Assembly: GCA_035702425.1 (NCBI GenBank)
Contig: DASSQQ010000042.1
Location: forward strand, 4,605-68,604
From: Gemmatimonadales bacterium
Lineage (GTDB): Bacteria; Gemmatimonadota; Gemmatimonadetes; Gemmatimonadales; GWC2-71-9
Direction: 5' to 3'
Length of the DNA stretch: 64,000 bases
Shown: piece by piece, positions 42,257 to 51,710 of the stretch
Position numbering within the stretch: position 1 is the first letter of the stretch
How the letters are laid out: each line of letters opens with the position of its first letter
The notes under the pieces: generated by a model
Told to the model about the DNA's origin: nothing
The model's input: the letters and a program-made list of their open reading frames with translations, nothing else
Databases searched by the model: none
Translations under genes and position numbers: made by a program

Positions 42257-43165
42257 GTGCCGACACCGGACGCCGGCGCGGGCGCCGCCCGCCTCCGCAT
42301 CGTGGTCGCCGCGGTGCTGTTCTCGACCGGCGGCGCCGCCATCAAGCTCTGCGGGCTCACCGGCTGGCAGGTGGCCGGGTTCCGCGGGCTCGTGGCCGGA
42401 GTCGCGATCCTGGTGATGATCCCCGAGGCGCGGCGCTCCTTCAGCTGGCGGGCGGCCCTGGTCGGCGTCGCCTACGGCGCCACCACCGTGCTCTTCGCGC
42501 TCGCCAACAAGCTCACCACCGCGGCGGCCGCGATCTTCCTCCAATCCACGAGCCCGGTGTTCATTCTGGCGCTGGCGCCGTGGCTCCTGAAGGAGCACGC
42601 CAGCCGCCGCGACCTCGCGCTGATGGGCATCGCCACCGGGGCGATGGCCCTGCTCTTCGTCGGCGCCGGAGGACCCACCGCCACCGCGCGCGATCCGCTG
42701 CTCGGCAACGTGCTCGCCACCGGCAGCGCGCTCACCTGGGCCGTCAATCTCATCGGATATCGCCTGCTGGTGCGGGGGCGGGGGCCGCGCGGCGGCGAGG
42801 GAGCGGTCGCCGCGGCGGCGGCCTCCGGAAATTTCTTCTCGTTCATCGTGGCGCTTCCCTTCGCGTTCCCCGTCGCGCATTCCCACCCGGCGGACTGGGC
42901 GGTCCTGGTCTATCTCGGCGTCTTCCAGCTCGGGCTCGCCTACGCGTTCATGTCCCGCGCGCTCTCCCACGTGAGCGCGCTCGAGGTGTCGCTGATCGTG
43001 ATGATCGAGCCGGTGCTGTCGCCGATCTGGGCCTGGTTGGTGCAGGGCGAGGTGCCGGGGGTCTGGTCGCTCGTGGGCGGCGCCATCATGCTCGCCGCCC
43101 TGGGCGCCAAGGCGCGGCTGGACGCGCGGGGGCCGGCGTCGCCGGTGCCGGTGCTCGCGGATTGA
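42257..43165 (+). CDS. EamA/DMT-superfamily transporter
   Basis: Ten TM segments. Duplicated EamA-type domains. Confidence 0.75.
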   Translation: MPTPDAGAGAARLRIVVAAVLFSTGGAAIKLCGLTGWQVAGFRGLVAGVAILVMIPEARRSFSWRAALVGVAYGATTVLFALANKLTTAAAAIFLQSTSPVFILALAPWLLKEHASRRDLALMGIATGAMALLFVGAGGPTATARDPLLGNVLATGSALTWAVNLIGYRLLVRGRGPRGGEGAVAAAAASGNFFSFIVALPFAFPVAHSHPADWAVLVYLGVFQLGLAYAFMSRALSHVSALEVSLIVMIEPVLSPIWAWLVQGEVPGVWSLVGGAIMLAALGAKARLDARGPASPVPVLAD

Positions 43166-43265
43166 GGGCCCCCCCGTTCCGCCCGCGCGCCGCGCGCTCC
43201 CGCGGCCCCTCGCCGTCTCCCTGCTCCCACCTCATATTTTCTTCCCCCCGCTCGAGGAGGTATGG

Positions 43266-45362
43266 ATGCGAGTTTACAAGACAGGGGAAATCCGCAACGT
43301 GGCCGTCCTCGGCCACGGCGCGAGCGGGAAGACCTCCCTGGTCGATGCCCTCGCGTTCGTGGCCGGATCGAGCAAGCGTCACGGCTCCGTGAAAGACGGC
43401 ACCGCCCTCACCGATTACACTCCCGACGAAATCGAGCGCAAGTACTCCATCAACCTGGCCCTCGCCGTGGCCGAGTGGATGGACACCAAGGTCAATCTGA
43501 TCGACACCCCGGGATACCTCGACTTCACCGGCGACGCGCTGGCGGGCGTCTACGCCGCGGACGGGGCGGTGGTGGTCCTCGCCGCGACGGCGGGCGTCGA
43601 AGTGGGCACCGAGAAGGTGTGGGATTACTGCGAGTCGCGGCAGCTGCCGCGCCTGTTTTTCGTCTCCCTGATGGACAAGGAGCACGCGGACTTCGAGCGG
43701 GTGTACGCGCAGGTGAAGGAGCGTCTCACGCCCAAGGTGATCCCGGTGGAGATCCCGGTCGGGGAAGGACCGGAGTTCCACGGGATCATCAACCTCTTCT
43801 CCAGGAAGTGCCATCTGTACAAGAAGGGCACCAAGGCGGGGGAATACGAGGAAGTCGACATTCCGGCGGAGTACCAGGAGCGCTTCAAGAAATACTCGCA
43901 GGAGCTGATCGAGAGCATCGCCGCGACCGACGATACCCTGCTCGAGCGCTACCTGGGCGGCGAGGAGATCGGCCGCGACGAGGCGATCCGGGCGATGAAG
44001 ACGGGAATGCAGCGGGGCGAGATCTTCCCGCTCTTCTGCGGCGCGGCCGAGCTGACCTACGGCACCCGCGCGCTCCTCTCCAAGATGGTGGAGCTCTTCC
44101 CCTCACCCGCCGAGCGGCCGCCGGTCGAAGCCCAGGTCTGGGGGTCGGCGGAGAAGCTCACCCTGAAGCCGGAAGACAACGGGGCGTTCGTGGCCCAGGT
44201 CTTCAAGACCATCTCCGAGCCCCACGTCGGCGACGTGACCTACTTCCGCCTGGTCTCGGGCGCGGTGAAGAACGGGCAGGAGGTCTGGAACGCGCCGCGC
44301 GAAGCGTCGGAGAAGCTCAACCATCTCTGCGTCGCCATCGGCAAGGACCGCACCGAGATCGCGGAGCTGCATTCGGGAGACCTGGGATGCGTCGCCAAGC
44401 TGCGCGACACCCACACCAACGACACGCTCTCCTCCCGGGAGCGGTCCGTGGTGCTCCCCCGGATTCCGTTCCCCGAGCCGGTGATCACGGTGGCGGTCGA
44501 GGTGAAGCAGCGGGGCGAGGAAGACAAGCTCTCCACCGGTCTCCACAAGCTCCACGAAGAGGACCCCACCTTCCATCACGAGTACCAGGCGGAGCTGGGC
44601 CAGACGCTGATCCGCGGCCTGGGCGAGCGGCATCTCGAGATCGTGGTGGGGCGCTTGGCGCGCAAGTTCGGCGTGCACGCGCTCACCACCAAGCCCAAGG
44701 TTGCCTACCGCGAAACGCTGAAGGGGAAGGCCGAGGGGCAGGGGAAGCACAAGAAGCAGACCGGCGGGCGCGGGCAGTACGGCGACTGCTGGATCCGGGT
44801 GGCGCCGCTGCCCCGCGGCTCGGGGTTCGTCTTCGAGGACCAGATCGTGGGCGGGGTGATTCCGCGCCAGTACATCCCGGCGGTGGAGCGGGGCGTGGTG
44901 GAAGCGGCCCAGCGGGGGCCGGTGGCGGGATATCCGATGGTGGACTTCAAGGTCGAGCTGTACGACGGCTCCTATCACGACGTGGACTCGAACGAAATGT
45001 CGTTCAAGATGGCGGGCATTCTCGCCTTCCGGACCGTGACGCCCAATGCGCGGCCCGCCCTGCTCGAGCCGATCATGGAGGTCGAAGTCTGGACCCCGGA
45101 CGAATACCAGGGCGCGGTGATGGGGGACCTCTCCTCCCGGCGCGGGCACATCGTCGGCACCGAGAAGGACGGCCGGCTCACCAAGGTGAAAGCGCTGGTG
45201 CCTGAAGCCGATCTCGACCGCTACGCCACCACGTTGCATTCTCTCACGCACGGCCGCGGCACCTACCGCCAGAAGTTCCACGTCTATCAGGAAGCGCCGC
45301 CGGACGTTGCGGCCAAGATCGCCGACGCGCGGAAGAAGGAGCTCACCGAGGTGAAGGACTAG
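43266..45362 (+). CDS. elongation factor G paralog (EF-G-like GTPase) with an atypical GTPase centre
   Basis: Five-domain EF-G architecture over 698 aa, with GAGGAGG as the RBS. The P-loop is GHGASGKTS instead of AHIDAGKTT. Switch II is DTPGYLDF instead of DxPGHxDF. Confidence 0.8.
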   Translation: MRVYKTGEIRNVAVLGHGASGKTSLVDALAFVAGSSKRHGSVKDGTALTDYTPDEIERKYSINLALAVAEWMDTKVNLIDTPGYLDFTGDALAGVYAADGAVVVLAATAGVEVGTEKVWDYCESRQLPRLFFVSLMDKEHADFERVYAQVKERLTPKVIPVEIPVGEGPEFHGIINLFSRKCHLYKKGTKAGEYEEVDIPAEYQERFKKYSQELIESIAATDDTLLERYLGGEEIGRDEAIRAMKTGMQRGEIFPLFCGAAELTYGTRALLSKMVELFPSPAERPPVEAQVWGSAEKLTLKPEDNGAFVAQVFKTISEPHVGDVTYFRLVSGAVKNGQEVWNAPREASEKLNHLCVAIGKDRTEIAELHSGDLGCVAKLRDTHTNDTLSSRERSVVLPRIPFPEPVITVAVEVKQRGEEDKLSTGLHKLHEEDPTFHHEYQAELGQTLIRGLGERHLEIVVGRLARKFGVHALTTKPKVAYRETLKGKAEGQGKHKKQTGGRGQYGDCWIRVAPLPRGSGFVFEDQIVGGVIPRQYIPAVERGVVEAAQRGPVAGYPMVDFKVELYDGSYHDVDSNEMSFKMAGILAFRTVTPNARPALLEPIMEVEVWTPDEYQGAVMGDLSSRRGHIVGTEKDGRLTKVKALVPEADLDRYATTLHSLTHGRGTYRQKFHVYQEAPPDVAAKIADARKKELTEVKD

Positions 45363-45425
45363 GCGAGAACACTCCACACCGGAACGGGTACTGGGGAGCG
45401 ACCTGGTTCTGGAGGATGTCGACTC

Positions 45426-46364
45426 ATGAGACTCACGACGCTCGCCGTGGCCGCCGCGCTCCTGGGTGCGGCCTGCAAGCTGCCGGATAAGACTCAGCGC
45501 AGCTCCGACATGCCGCCTGCCCCGCCCGCCCCCGCGGCGGCCACCAAGGTGTTGGCGGTGGACGGGTTCCTCGCGCCCGAGTCCGTGCTCTACGACTCGA
45601 CGCAGGACATCTACTTCGTTTCCAGCATCGCCGGCAGCGGTACCGCCAAGGACGACAACGGCTTCATCAGCCGGCTCCGCCCCGACGGCGCCATCGAGAA
45701 CCTGAAGTTCATCGAGGGCGGGAAGAACGGCGTCACCCTGAACGCGCCCAAGGGTCTGGCCATCGTGGGCGACACCCTGTGGGTGGCGGACATCGACGTG
45801 GCGCGCGCCTTCAACGCCAAGACCGGCGCGCCGGTGGACAGCGTCAGTCTCGCCCCGCTGGGAGCGGTGTTCCTGAACGACATCGCCGCGGCGCCGACCG
45901 GCGCGCTCTATCTCACCGACACCGGAATCCGCTTCGACGACGTCGGCAACCGGCTCCATCCCGGTCCCGACCGCATCTACCGCATCGGCCCCGACCGCCA
46001 GCTGACCGTCGCCGCGCGGGGCGACACCCTGGACCAGCCCAACGGCATCGCGCTCGACGGCCCGGGGAAGCGGTTCATCGTGGTGTCCCTGGGCGGAAAG
46101 TCGGTCTTCGCCTGGAAGCCGGGCGACAAGTCCCCCGCGGTGCTCGCCACCGGCCCCGGCTCCTACGACGGCGTGGTGGTGGCGAAGGGCAGGATTCTGG
46201 TGTCGTCGTGGAAGGACTCGACGGTCTCCGCCTACGAGACCGGCCAGGAAGTCCGGATCATTTCGGGCGTCGGCGCGGCCGACATCGGCTACGACGCCAG
46301 GCGCAACCGCCTGCTGCTGCCCTTCGTCGACGGCACGCGGGTGGAAATCTGGCAGCTCCCCTAG
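45426..46364 (+). CDS. beta-propeller lipoprotein (SMP-30/gluconolactonase/LRE-like), paralog 1
   Basis: Lipobox LLGAAC. Shares ~60% identity with the gene at 47078..47998, including the identical nucleotide run TTCATCGAGGGCGGGAAGAACGGCGTCACCCTGAACGCGCCCAAGGGTCT. Confidence 0.6.
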   Translation: MRLTTLAVAAALLGAACKLPDKTQRSSDMPPAPPAPAAATKVLAVDGFLAPESVLYDSTQDIYFVSSIAGSGTAKDDNGFISRLRPDGAIENLKFIEGGKNGVTLNAPKGLAIVGDTLWVADIDVARAFNAKTGAPVDSVSLAPLGAVFLNDIAAAPTGALYLTDTGIRFDDVGNRLHPGPDRIYRIGPDRQLTVAARGDTLDQPNGIALDGPGKRFIVVSLGGKSVFAWKPGDKSPAVLATGPGSYDGVVVAKGRILVSSWKDSTVSAYETGQEVRIISGVGAADIGYDARRNRLLLPFVDGTRVEIWQLP

Positions 46365-46382
46365 ACGAGCGAGGAGGCCCGC

Positions 46383-47081
46383 ATGGTCGTCCCGGTTCAG
46401 CTCCCGACTGCCCAGCGCGACGTCCAGGTGGGTGGCGTCACCTACCACGTCGAGGGTGAGCTCGTTCCCGTGCTGCACCTCGAGCTGCAGCGGATGCCGG
46501 TGTACTTCGAGCATCACATTCTGCTCTGGAAGAGTCCCGGCGTGGAGGTGGACATCAAGCCGCTCAAGGGCGCGTTCAAGCGGGTGATGGCCGGAATGCC
46601 GGTGTTTCTCACCCAGACCAAGGGCGTGGGGCACATCGCGTTTTCGCGGGACGGCGCGGGACACGTCTTCGGCATCCACCTGAAAGAGGGGCAGGCGATC
46701 GACGTGCGCGAGCATCAGTTTCTCGCGGCCACCGACAACGTCGAGTACTCCTTCGCCCGGGTGAAGGGCGTGGCCAACATGCTCTTCGGGGGGACCGGGT
46801 TCTTCATCGACACCTTCGCCTGCAAGAGCGGGAGCGAAGGCGTGGTCTGGCTCCACGGCTACGGCAACGTGTTCGAAGTAACCCTCAAGCCCGGGGACAT
46901 GATCGACGTCGAACCCGGCGGCTGGGTCTACAAGGACCCCACCGTCAGGATGGAGACCATGACCCAGAAGCTTTCCACCGGACTCTTCGGCAGCGCCGGC
47001 ATGCTGTTCTGGAACAGGTTCCACGGCCCCGGCCGGCTCGCCATTCAGTCCATGTACCTGCACCTGCCAACGGAGGCGTGA
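46383..47081 (+). CDS. AIM24/DUF124 family protein
   Basis: 232 aa with the typical AIM24 beta-rich pattern (…GGTGFFIDTF…GEGVVWLHGYGNVFEVTLKPGDMIDVEPG…). Confidence 0.65.
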   Translation: MVVPVQLPTAQRDVQVGGVTYHVEGELVPVLHLELQRMPVYFEHHILLWKSPGVEVDIKPLKGAFKRVMAGMPVFLTQTKGVGHIAFSRDGAGHVFGIHLKEGQAIDVREHQFLAATDNVEYSFARVKGVANMLFGGTGFFIDTFACKSGSEGVVWLHGYGNVFEVTLKPGDMIDVEPGGWVYKDPTVRMETMTQKLSTGLFGSAGMLFWNRFHGPGRLAIQSMYLHLPTEA

Positions 47082-47998
47082 TTTTCATGAGGCTCGACCG
47101 TCACACCCTCGCGGCGGCGTTCGCCGTCGTCACCGTGAGCGCGTTCGCGCGCCCGGCCCGCGCCCAGGGCGCGACCCGCGTCGCCATCGTGGACTCGCTC
47201 CAGACGCCGGAGTCGGTCAAGTACGACGCCGGGCGCGACATCTACTGGATCTCCAACATCAACGGCACCCCCTCCGCCAAGGACGGGAACGGATTCATCA
47301 GCAAGGTCCGTCCCGACGGCTCCATCGTGGCGCTCAGGTTCATCGAGGGCGGGAAGAACGGCGTCACCCTGAACGCGCCCAAGGGTCTCGCCCTGAAGGG
47401 CGATACGCTTTGGGTGACCGACATCGACGCCGTGCGCGCCTTCAACGCCAACACCGGCGCCCCGGTCGCTTCGGTGGACCTCTCGGCGCTGGGCGCCGTG
47501 TTCCTGAACGACCCCGCGTTCGGCCCCGACGGCGCGCTTTACGTCACCGACACCGGCATTCACATCGACGAGAAGGGGCAGTCCACCCATCCCGGACCCG
47601 ACCGCATCTTCCGGATCGCGCCCGACCGCAAGGTGACGGTCGCCGCCGAGGGTGCCGCGCTCGAGGCGCCGAACGGCATCACCTGGGACACGGCGCACGG
47701 CCGGTTCGTGGAAGCGGGCTTCGGCGGGCCGGACGTCTTCAGCTGGAAGCCGGGGGAAAAGGCGCCCACCGCCATCGCCAAGGGGCCGGGCGGCTTCGAC
47801 GGCGTGGAGATCGTGAAGGGGCGGCTCCTGATCTCGTCGTGGGCCGACTCCACGGTGTCGGCGTACGAGACGGGAACCGAAGTGAAGATCATCACCGGGG
47901 TGCCGAGCCCGGCCGACTTCGGCTACGACGCCAGGCGGAACCGGGTCCTGATTCCCAACATGACGGCGAACCGGATGGAGATCTGGCAGCTGCCGTAA
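47078..47998 (+). CDS. beta-propeller protein (SMP-30/gluconolactonase/LRE-like), paralog 2
   Basis: Signal peptide. Paralog of 45426..46364. Its start overlaps the AIM24 stop (ATGA). Confidence 0.6.
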   Translation: MIFMRLDRHTLAAAFAVVTVSAFARPARAQGATRVAIVDSLQTPESVKYDAGRDIYWISNINGTPSAKDGNGFISKVRPDGSIVALRFIEGGKNGVTLNAPKGLALKGDTLWVTDIDAVRAFNANTGAPVASVDLSALGAVFLNDPAFGPDGALYVTDTGIHIDEKGQSTHPGPDRIFRIAPDRKVTVAAEGAALEAPNGITWDTAHGRFVEAGFGGPDVFSWKPGEKAPTAIAKGPGGFDGVEIVKGRLLISSWADSTVSAYETGTEVKIITGVPSPADFGYDARRNRVLIPNMTANRMEIWQLP

Positions 47999-48053
47999 GC
48001 GAACGGCGTGGTGCGTGGGGCGCGGGCATCCGTCCGCCCCACCCACCACGCCT

Positions 48054-49130
48054 TCACCCGCCTGCTTCAGGTTCTTGCTGCGTCAGGCAGTGGATCGTCC
48101 CCAGCCCCCAAACCAGGTCCACGGCGTGAATCCCCACCACCGGCCGGTCCGGAAAGACTTCGGCCAGAATCCCTAACGCCTCCCGGTCCTTCGGGTCGTT
48201 GAAGGTGGGGACCAGCACCGCCGCGTTCGCGACGTAGAAATTGGCGTAGCTCGCGGGCAACCGCTGGCCGTCGAAGACGAGCGGCGCCGGCATCGGCAGG
48301 TCCACCACTTCGATTTTCGATCCGTCCTCGGTGACGAGCCCCTGCAGTCGCTCGCGGTTCTCCGCGAGTGGCGCGTAGTTCGCGTCCCGGGGGTCCGCCT
48401 CCACGCAGAGGACCACGGTGCTCGGCCCCACGAAGCGGCAGAGGTCGTCCACGTGGCCGTGGGTGTCGTCCCCCGCGATTCCCCGTCCCAGCCAGAGCAC
48501 GTTGGTGGCGCCCAGGTAGTCGCGCAACACGCTCTCCAGGTCGGTGCGCGAAAGCCCGGGGTTCCGGGTCTGCACCACCGGGTCGAGCAGGCACTCCTCG
48601 GTGGTGAGCACCGAGCCCTCGCCGTTGACGTCGATGCTCCCGCCCTCCAGCACCACCCGGCGCCCCCGCAACTCGGCGTCGAAGATCTTCCGGCGGAGCT
48701 TCTTCGCCGCGAACTCGGGGAGCTTCCGGTCCTTCTTCCAGTCCGGATACTTGGCCCAGGCGTTGAAGTGGAACCGGGAGACCGCGATTTCCGGCGCCGG
48801 CTCTCCGCGCCGCACGAAGATCGGCCCCGAATCCCGGGTCCAGCCGCGGTCGGTGGGGAAGCGGAGGAACCGGACCCGCGCGAGACTCGCCCCCGCCTTC
48901 TCGAGCACCCGCCGGGCGGCGCGCTCCTGTGCCGGCGAGCTCACCAGAATCCGCGCCGTCTCGCCTTCCGCGATCCGGCGGGTGATTTCGCCGTACACCC
49001 AGGGGATGACGGCGAGCTTCCCCGGCCAGTCGCTCGCGTTGTGGGGCCAGGCGAGCCAGGTCGCCGCGTGGGGCGCCCACTCGGCCGGCATCCGGAAACC
49101 GAGCGCGGCGGGGGTGGGGAGCACCTTCAT
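48054..49130 (-). CDS. aguA: agmatine deiminase
   Basis: Full-length member of the peptidyl-arginine-deiminase-like family, with the C-terminal catalytic Cys motif GTIHCLTQQ. Confidence 0.85.
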   Translation of the reverse strand: MKVLPTPAALGFRMPAEWAPHAATWLAWPHNASDWPGKLAVIPWVYGEITRRIAEGETARILVSSPAQERAARRVLEKAGASLARVRFLRFPTDRGWTRDSGPIFVRRGEPAPEIAVSRFHFNAWAKYPDWKKDRKLPEFAAKKLRRKIFDAELRGRRVVLEGGSIDVNGEGSVLTTEECLLDPVVQTRNPGLSRTDLESVLRDYLGATNVLWLGRGIAGDDTHGHVDDLCRFVGPSTVVLCVEADPRDANYAPLAENRERLQGLVTEDGSKIEVVDLPMPAPLVFDGQRLPASYANFYVANAAVLVPTFNDPKDREALGILAEVFPDRPVVGIHAVDLVWGLGTIHCLTQQEPEAGG

Positions 49131-49164
49131 CGAGATGAGGAAGAGGAGCGGGACCGACGCCGCA

Positions 49165-50073
49165 CTACCGGGCGTCGCCCGAGTAGCGCGCGTCGATCCC
49201 GCCGTAGGCGTCCACCCGGCGGTCGCGCCAGAAGGGCCAGTTGCGCCGGACCTCCTCCACCCGCGCCAGGTCCACCTCGGCGACCAGAATCGTCTCCTGG
49301 TCCGCCGGGGCTTCGGCCACCACCACCCCGAACGGGTCGGCGAGGAACGACGAGCCCCAGAACTCGATCCCGTCGCCCTTGCCGTCGAGCCGCTCCAGGC
49401 CCACGCGATTGACCGCCGCCACGTAGCACCCGTTGGCGATGGCGTGGCTCCGCTGGATCGTACGCCAGGCGTCCCGCTGCTCGGGACCGTACCGCTGCTT
49501 CTCGGCCGGATGCCAGCCGATCGCCGTGGGATAACAGAGCAGCGTCGCGCCCTGGAGCGCGGTGAGCCGCGCGCCTTCCGGATACCACTGGTCCCAGCAC
49601 ACCAGGGTGCCCACCCGGCCGGCCTTGGTGTCGAAGGCGCGGAACCCCAGGTCGCCGGGCGCGAAGTAGAACTTCTCGTAATACGCCGGGTCGTCCGGGA
49701 TGTGCATCTTCCGGTAAAGACCCAGGACCTTCCCGTCGGCGTCGATGATCGCGGCGGTGTTGTGGTAGATCCCCGCCGCCCGGCGCTCGAAGAGCGACGC
49801 GATCACCACCACCCCCAGTTCCCGGGCGACCTGGCCCAGCGCCTCGGTGGAGGGCCCGGGCACCGGCTCGGCGAGGTTGAAGAACGCGTGATCCTCGCGC
49901 TGCCCGATGTAGAGAGTGCGGAACAGCTCGGGAAGGACGACCAGCGCGGCCCCCCGCTTCGCGGCGTCCCGCACCCGCGCGATGGCCTTCTCGAGATTCT
50001 GGCCGGGGTCCGCCGTCATGCTCATCTGCACCAGCGCGACCTTGTACTTCGCGGGCGTCCGGAGATCGGTCAT
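49165..50073 (-). CDS. aguB: N-carbamoylputrescine amidase (carbon-nitrogen hydrolase family)
   Basis: Nitrilase-superfamily catalytic triad context (VVLPELF…, RKMHIP, LVCWDQWYPE). Start taken at MTDLRTPAKYKVALVQ. Confidence 0.85.
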   Translation of the reverse strand: MTDLRTPAKYKVALVQMSMTADPGQNLEKAIARVRDAAKRGAALVVLPELFRTLYIGQREDHAFFNLAEPVPGPSTEALGQVARELGVVVIASLFERRAAGIYHNTAAIIDADGKVLGLYRKMHIPDDPAYYEKFYFAPGDLGFRAFDTKAGRVGTLVCWDQWYPEGARLTALQGATLLCYPTAIGWHPAEKQRYGPEQRDAWRTIQRSHAIANGCYVAAVNRVGLERLDGKGDGIEFWGSSFLADPFGVVVAEAPADQETILVAEVDLARVEEVRRNWPFWRDRRVDAYGGIDARYSGDAR

Positions 50074-50149
50074 AAGGAGGGAACAGTACAACCGGGAGAC
50101 GGGAGGCGGGAGACGGGCGGCGTCCCCGGCTCGCGTCTCCCGATTCCGG

Positions 50150-51238
50150 TCAGCCGACCAGCACCGCCTCCAGCTCGGTCTGGAGCTGGGGTTGTTTATA
50201 GCGGTAGCGCTTGCCGGCGTAGTTCCTCAAGACCACTTCCTTGTCCGTGATCTTCACCACGTACTCGGGGAGGAGGGGAATCTTCCCGCCGCCGCCCGGC
50301 GCGTCGATCACGAAGTGCGGCACCGCGAGGCCCGAGGTCCAGCCCCGGAGCCCCTTCACGATCTCGAGGCCCTTCTCCACCGTGGTCCGGAAGTGCTCGG
50401 CGCCGGCCACCTGGTCGCACATATAGATGTAGTAAGGGCGGACCCGCGCCGCGAGCAGTTTCTGCATCAACAGCTTCATCACTTCGACGTCGTCGTTCAC
50501 GCCGGCCAGGAGCACGGTCTGGCAGCCGAGGGGAATCCCGGCGTCGGCCAGCATGCCCAGGCCGGCCACCGCGGCGGGCGTGAGCTCGTCGGGGTGGTTG
50601 AAGTGGGTATTGATGTAGAACGGATGATACCGTTTGAGGATCGCGCACAGCTCGGGCGTGATCCGCTCCGGCAGGTGGCAGGGGACCCGGCTGCCGATGC
50701 GGATGATCTCGAGGTGGGGGATCGCCCGCAGGCGCTTCAGGATTTCATCCAGGCGCCGGTCGGAGAGCAGCAGGGGATCGCCGCCCGACATGATGACGTC
50801 GCGGATTTCCTTGTGATCCTCGAGATACTGGAACCCGGACTCGAGCTGGGAGAGCGGGATTTTCTCCGGATCGCCCACCTTGCGGCGGCGGGTGCAGAAC
50901 CGGCAGTACGACGCGCAGACCGGGGACACGAGGAACAGCGCCCGGTCCGGATAGCGGTGGGTGATGTTGGGGACGGGGGAATCCGCGTCCTCGTTCAGCG
51001 AATCCACGATGCCGTCGTGGACCTCGAGCTCCTGCAGGTCCGGCACGTACTGCCGCCAGATCGGGTCGCCGGGGGACTTGATCAGGTCCACCATCGCCGG
51101 CGAGATGCGGAACTCGAAGTTCTCCGCCGCGAGGCGGAGGCGCTCCAGGTCGGGGAAGTGCTCGGGTCCGAACCGGGCCGCGAGCGTCTCCAGCGACGCG
51201 ATGCTTTTCTTACGAAGCAGCTCTTGCCAGGACTCCAT
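50150..51238 (-). CDS. KamA-family radical-SAM aminomutase (lysine 2,3-aminomutase-like, short form)
   Basis: CASYCRFCTRR (CxxxCxxC) followed by a PLP-binding region. 362 aa. Confidence 0.8.
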   Translation of the reverse strand: MESWQELLRKKSIASLETLAARFGPEHFPDLERLRLAAENFEFRISPAMVDLIKSPGDPIWRQYVPDLQELEVHDGIVDSLNEDADSPVPNITHRYPDRALFLVSPVCASYCRFCTRRRKVGDPEKIPLSQLESGFQYLEDHKEIRDVIMSGGDPLLLSDRRLDEILKRLRAIPHLEIIRIGSRVPCHLPERITPELCAILKRYHPFYINTHFNHPDELTPAAVAGLGMLADAGIPLGCQTVLLAGVNDDVEVMKLLMQKLLAARVRPYYIYMCDQVAGAEHFRTTVEKGLEIVKGLRGWTSGLAVPHFVIDAPGGGGKIPLLPEYVVKITDKEVVLRNYAGKRYRYKQPQLQTELEAVLVG

Positions 51239-51710
51239 GCGTCAGGTCCTTGAGATAGATGACCAGGTCGTCACCGGGAGCGTAATAGCCCGGAAGCACC
51301 GCGGCCCTGGTGAAGCCGCGTTTTTCGTAAAACGCCCGCGTCGGCGCGTAATCCGCGCGGGATGACGTCTCGACCACCACCAGCCGGCCCCCGCCGGCCC
51401 GCACCTGCCCCTCCACTTCCCGGAGCAGGTCGCTGCCCACCCCGGTCCCGTGCCGCGCCGGATCCACGGCGATCCAGTACAGGTCCCAGGTCCCGTCGGT
51501 GCCCGGCGTCGGCCCCCAGCAGGCCCACCCCACCAGCTCGTCGGCGGCGTAGGCGCCGACCAGCCGGTAGTCGTCGTCCCCCGCGAGGGCATCGTCCAGG
51601 AGCTCGACCGCGGTCCGGACTTCTTCCTCGCGGAAGACGCCCGTGGCGCGGGTCAGGGCTTCAAGACGTGCGCGTTGCGCGCGGCCGACGGGGCGGAGCG
51701 AGCAGCTCAC
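51210..51710 (-). CDS. GNAT-family acyltransferase
   Basis: 166 aa. Acetyl-CoA motif region HGTGVGSDLL. Overlaps both neighbouring genes, so the exact start is uncertain. Confidence 0.6.
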   Translation of the reverse strand: MSCSLRPVGRAQRARLEALTRATGVFREEEVRTAVELLDDALAGDDDYRLVGAYAADELVGWACWGPTPGTDGTWDLYWIAVDPARHGTGVGSDLLREVEGQVRAGGGRLVVVETSSRADYAPTRAFYEKRGFTRAAVLPGYYAPGDDLVIYLKDLTHGVLARAAS

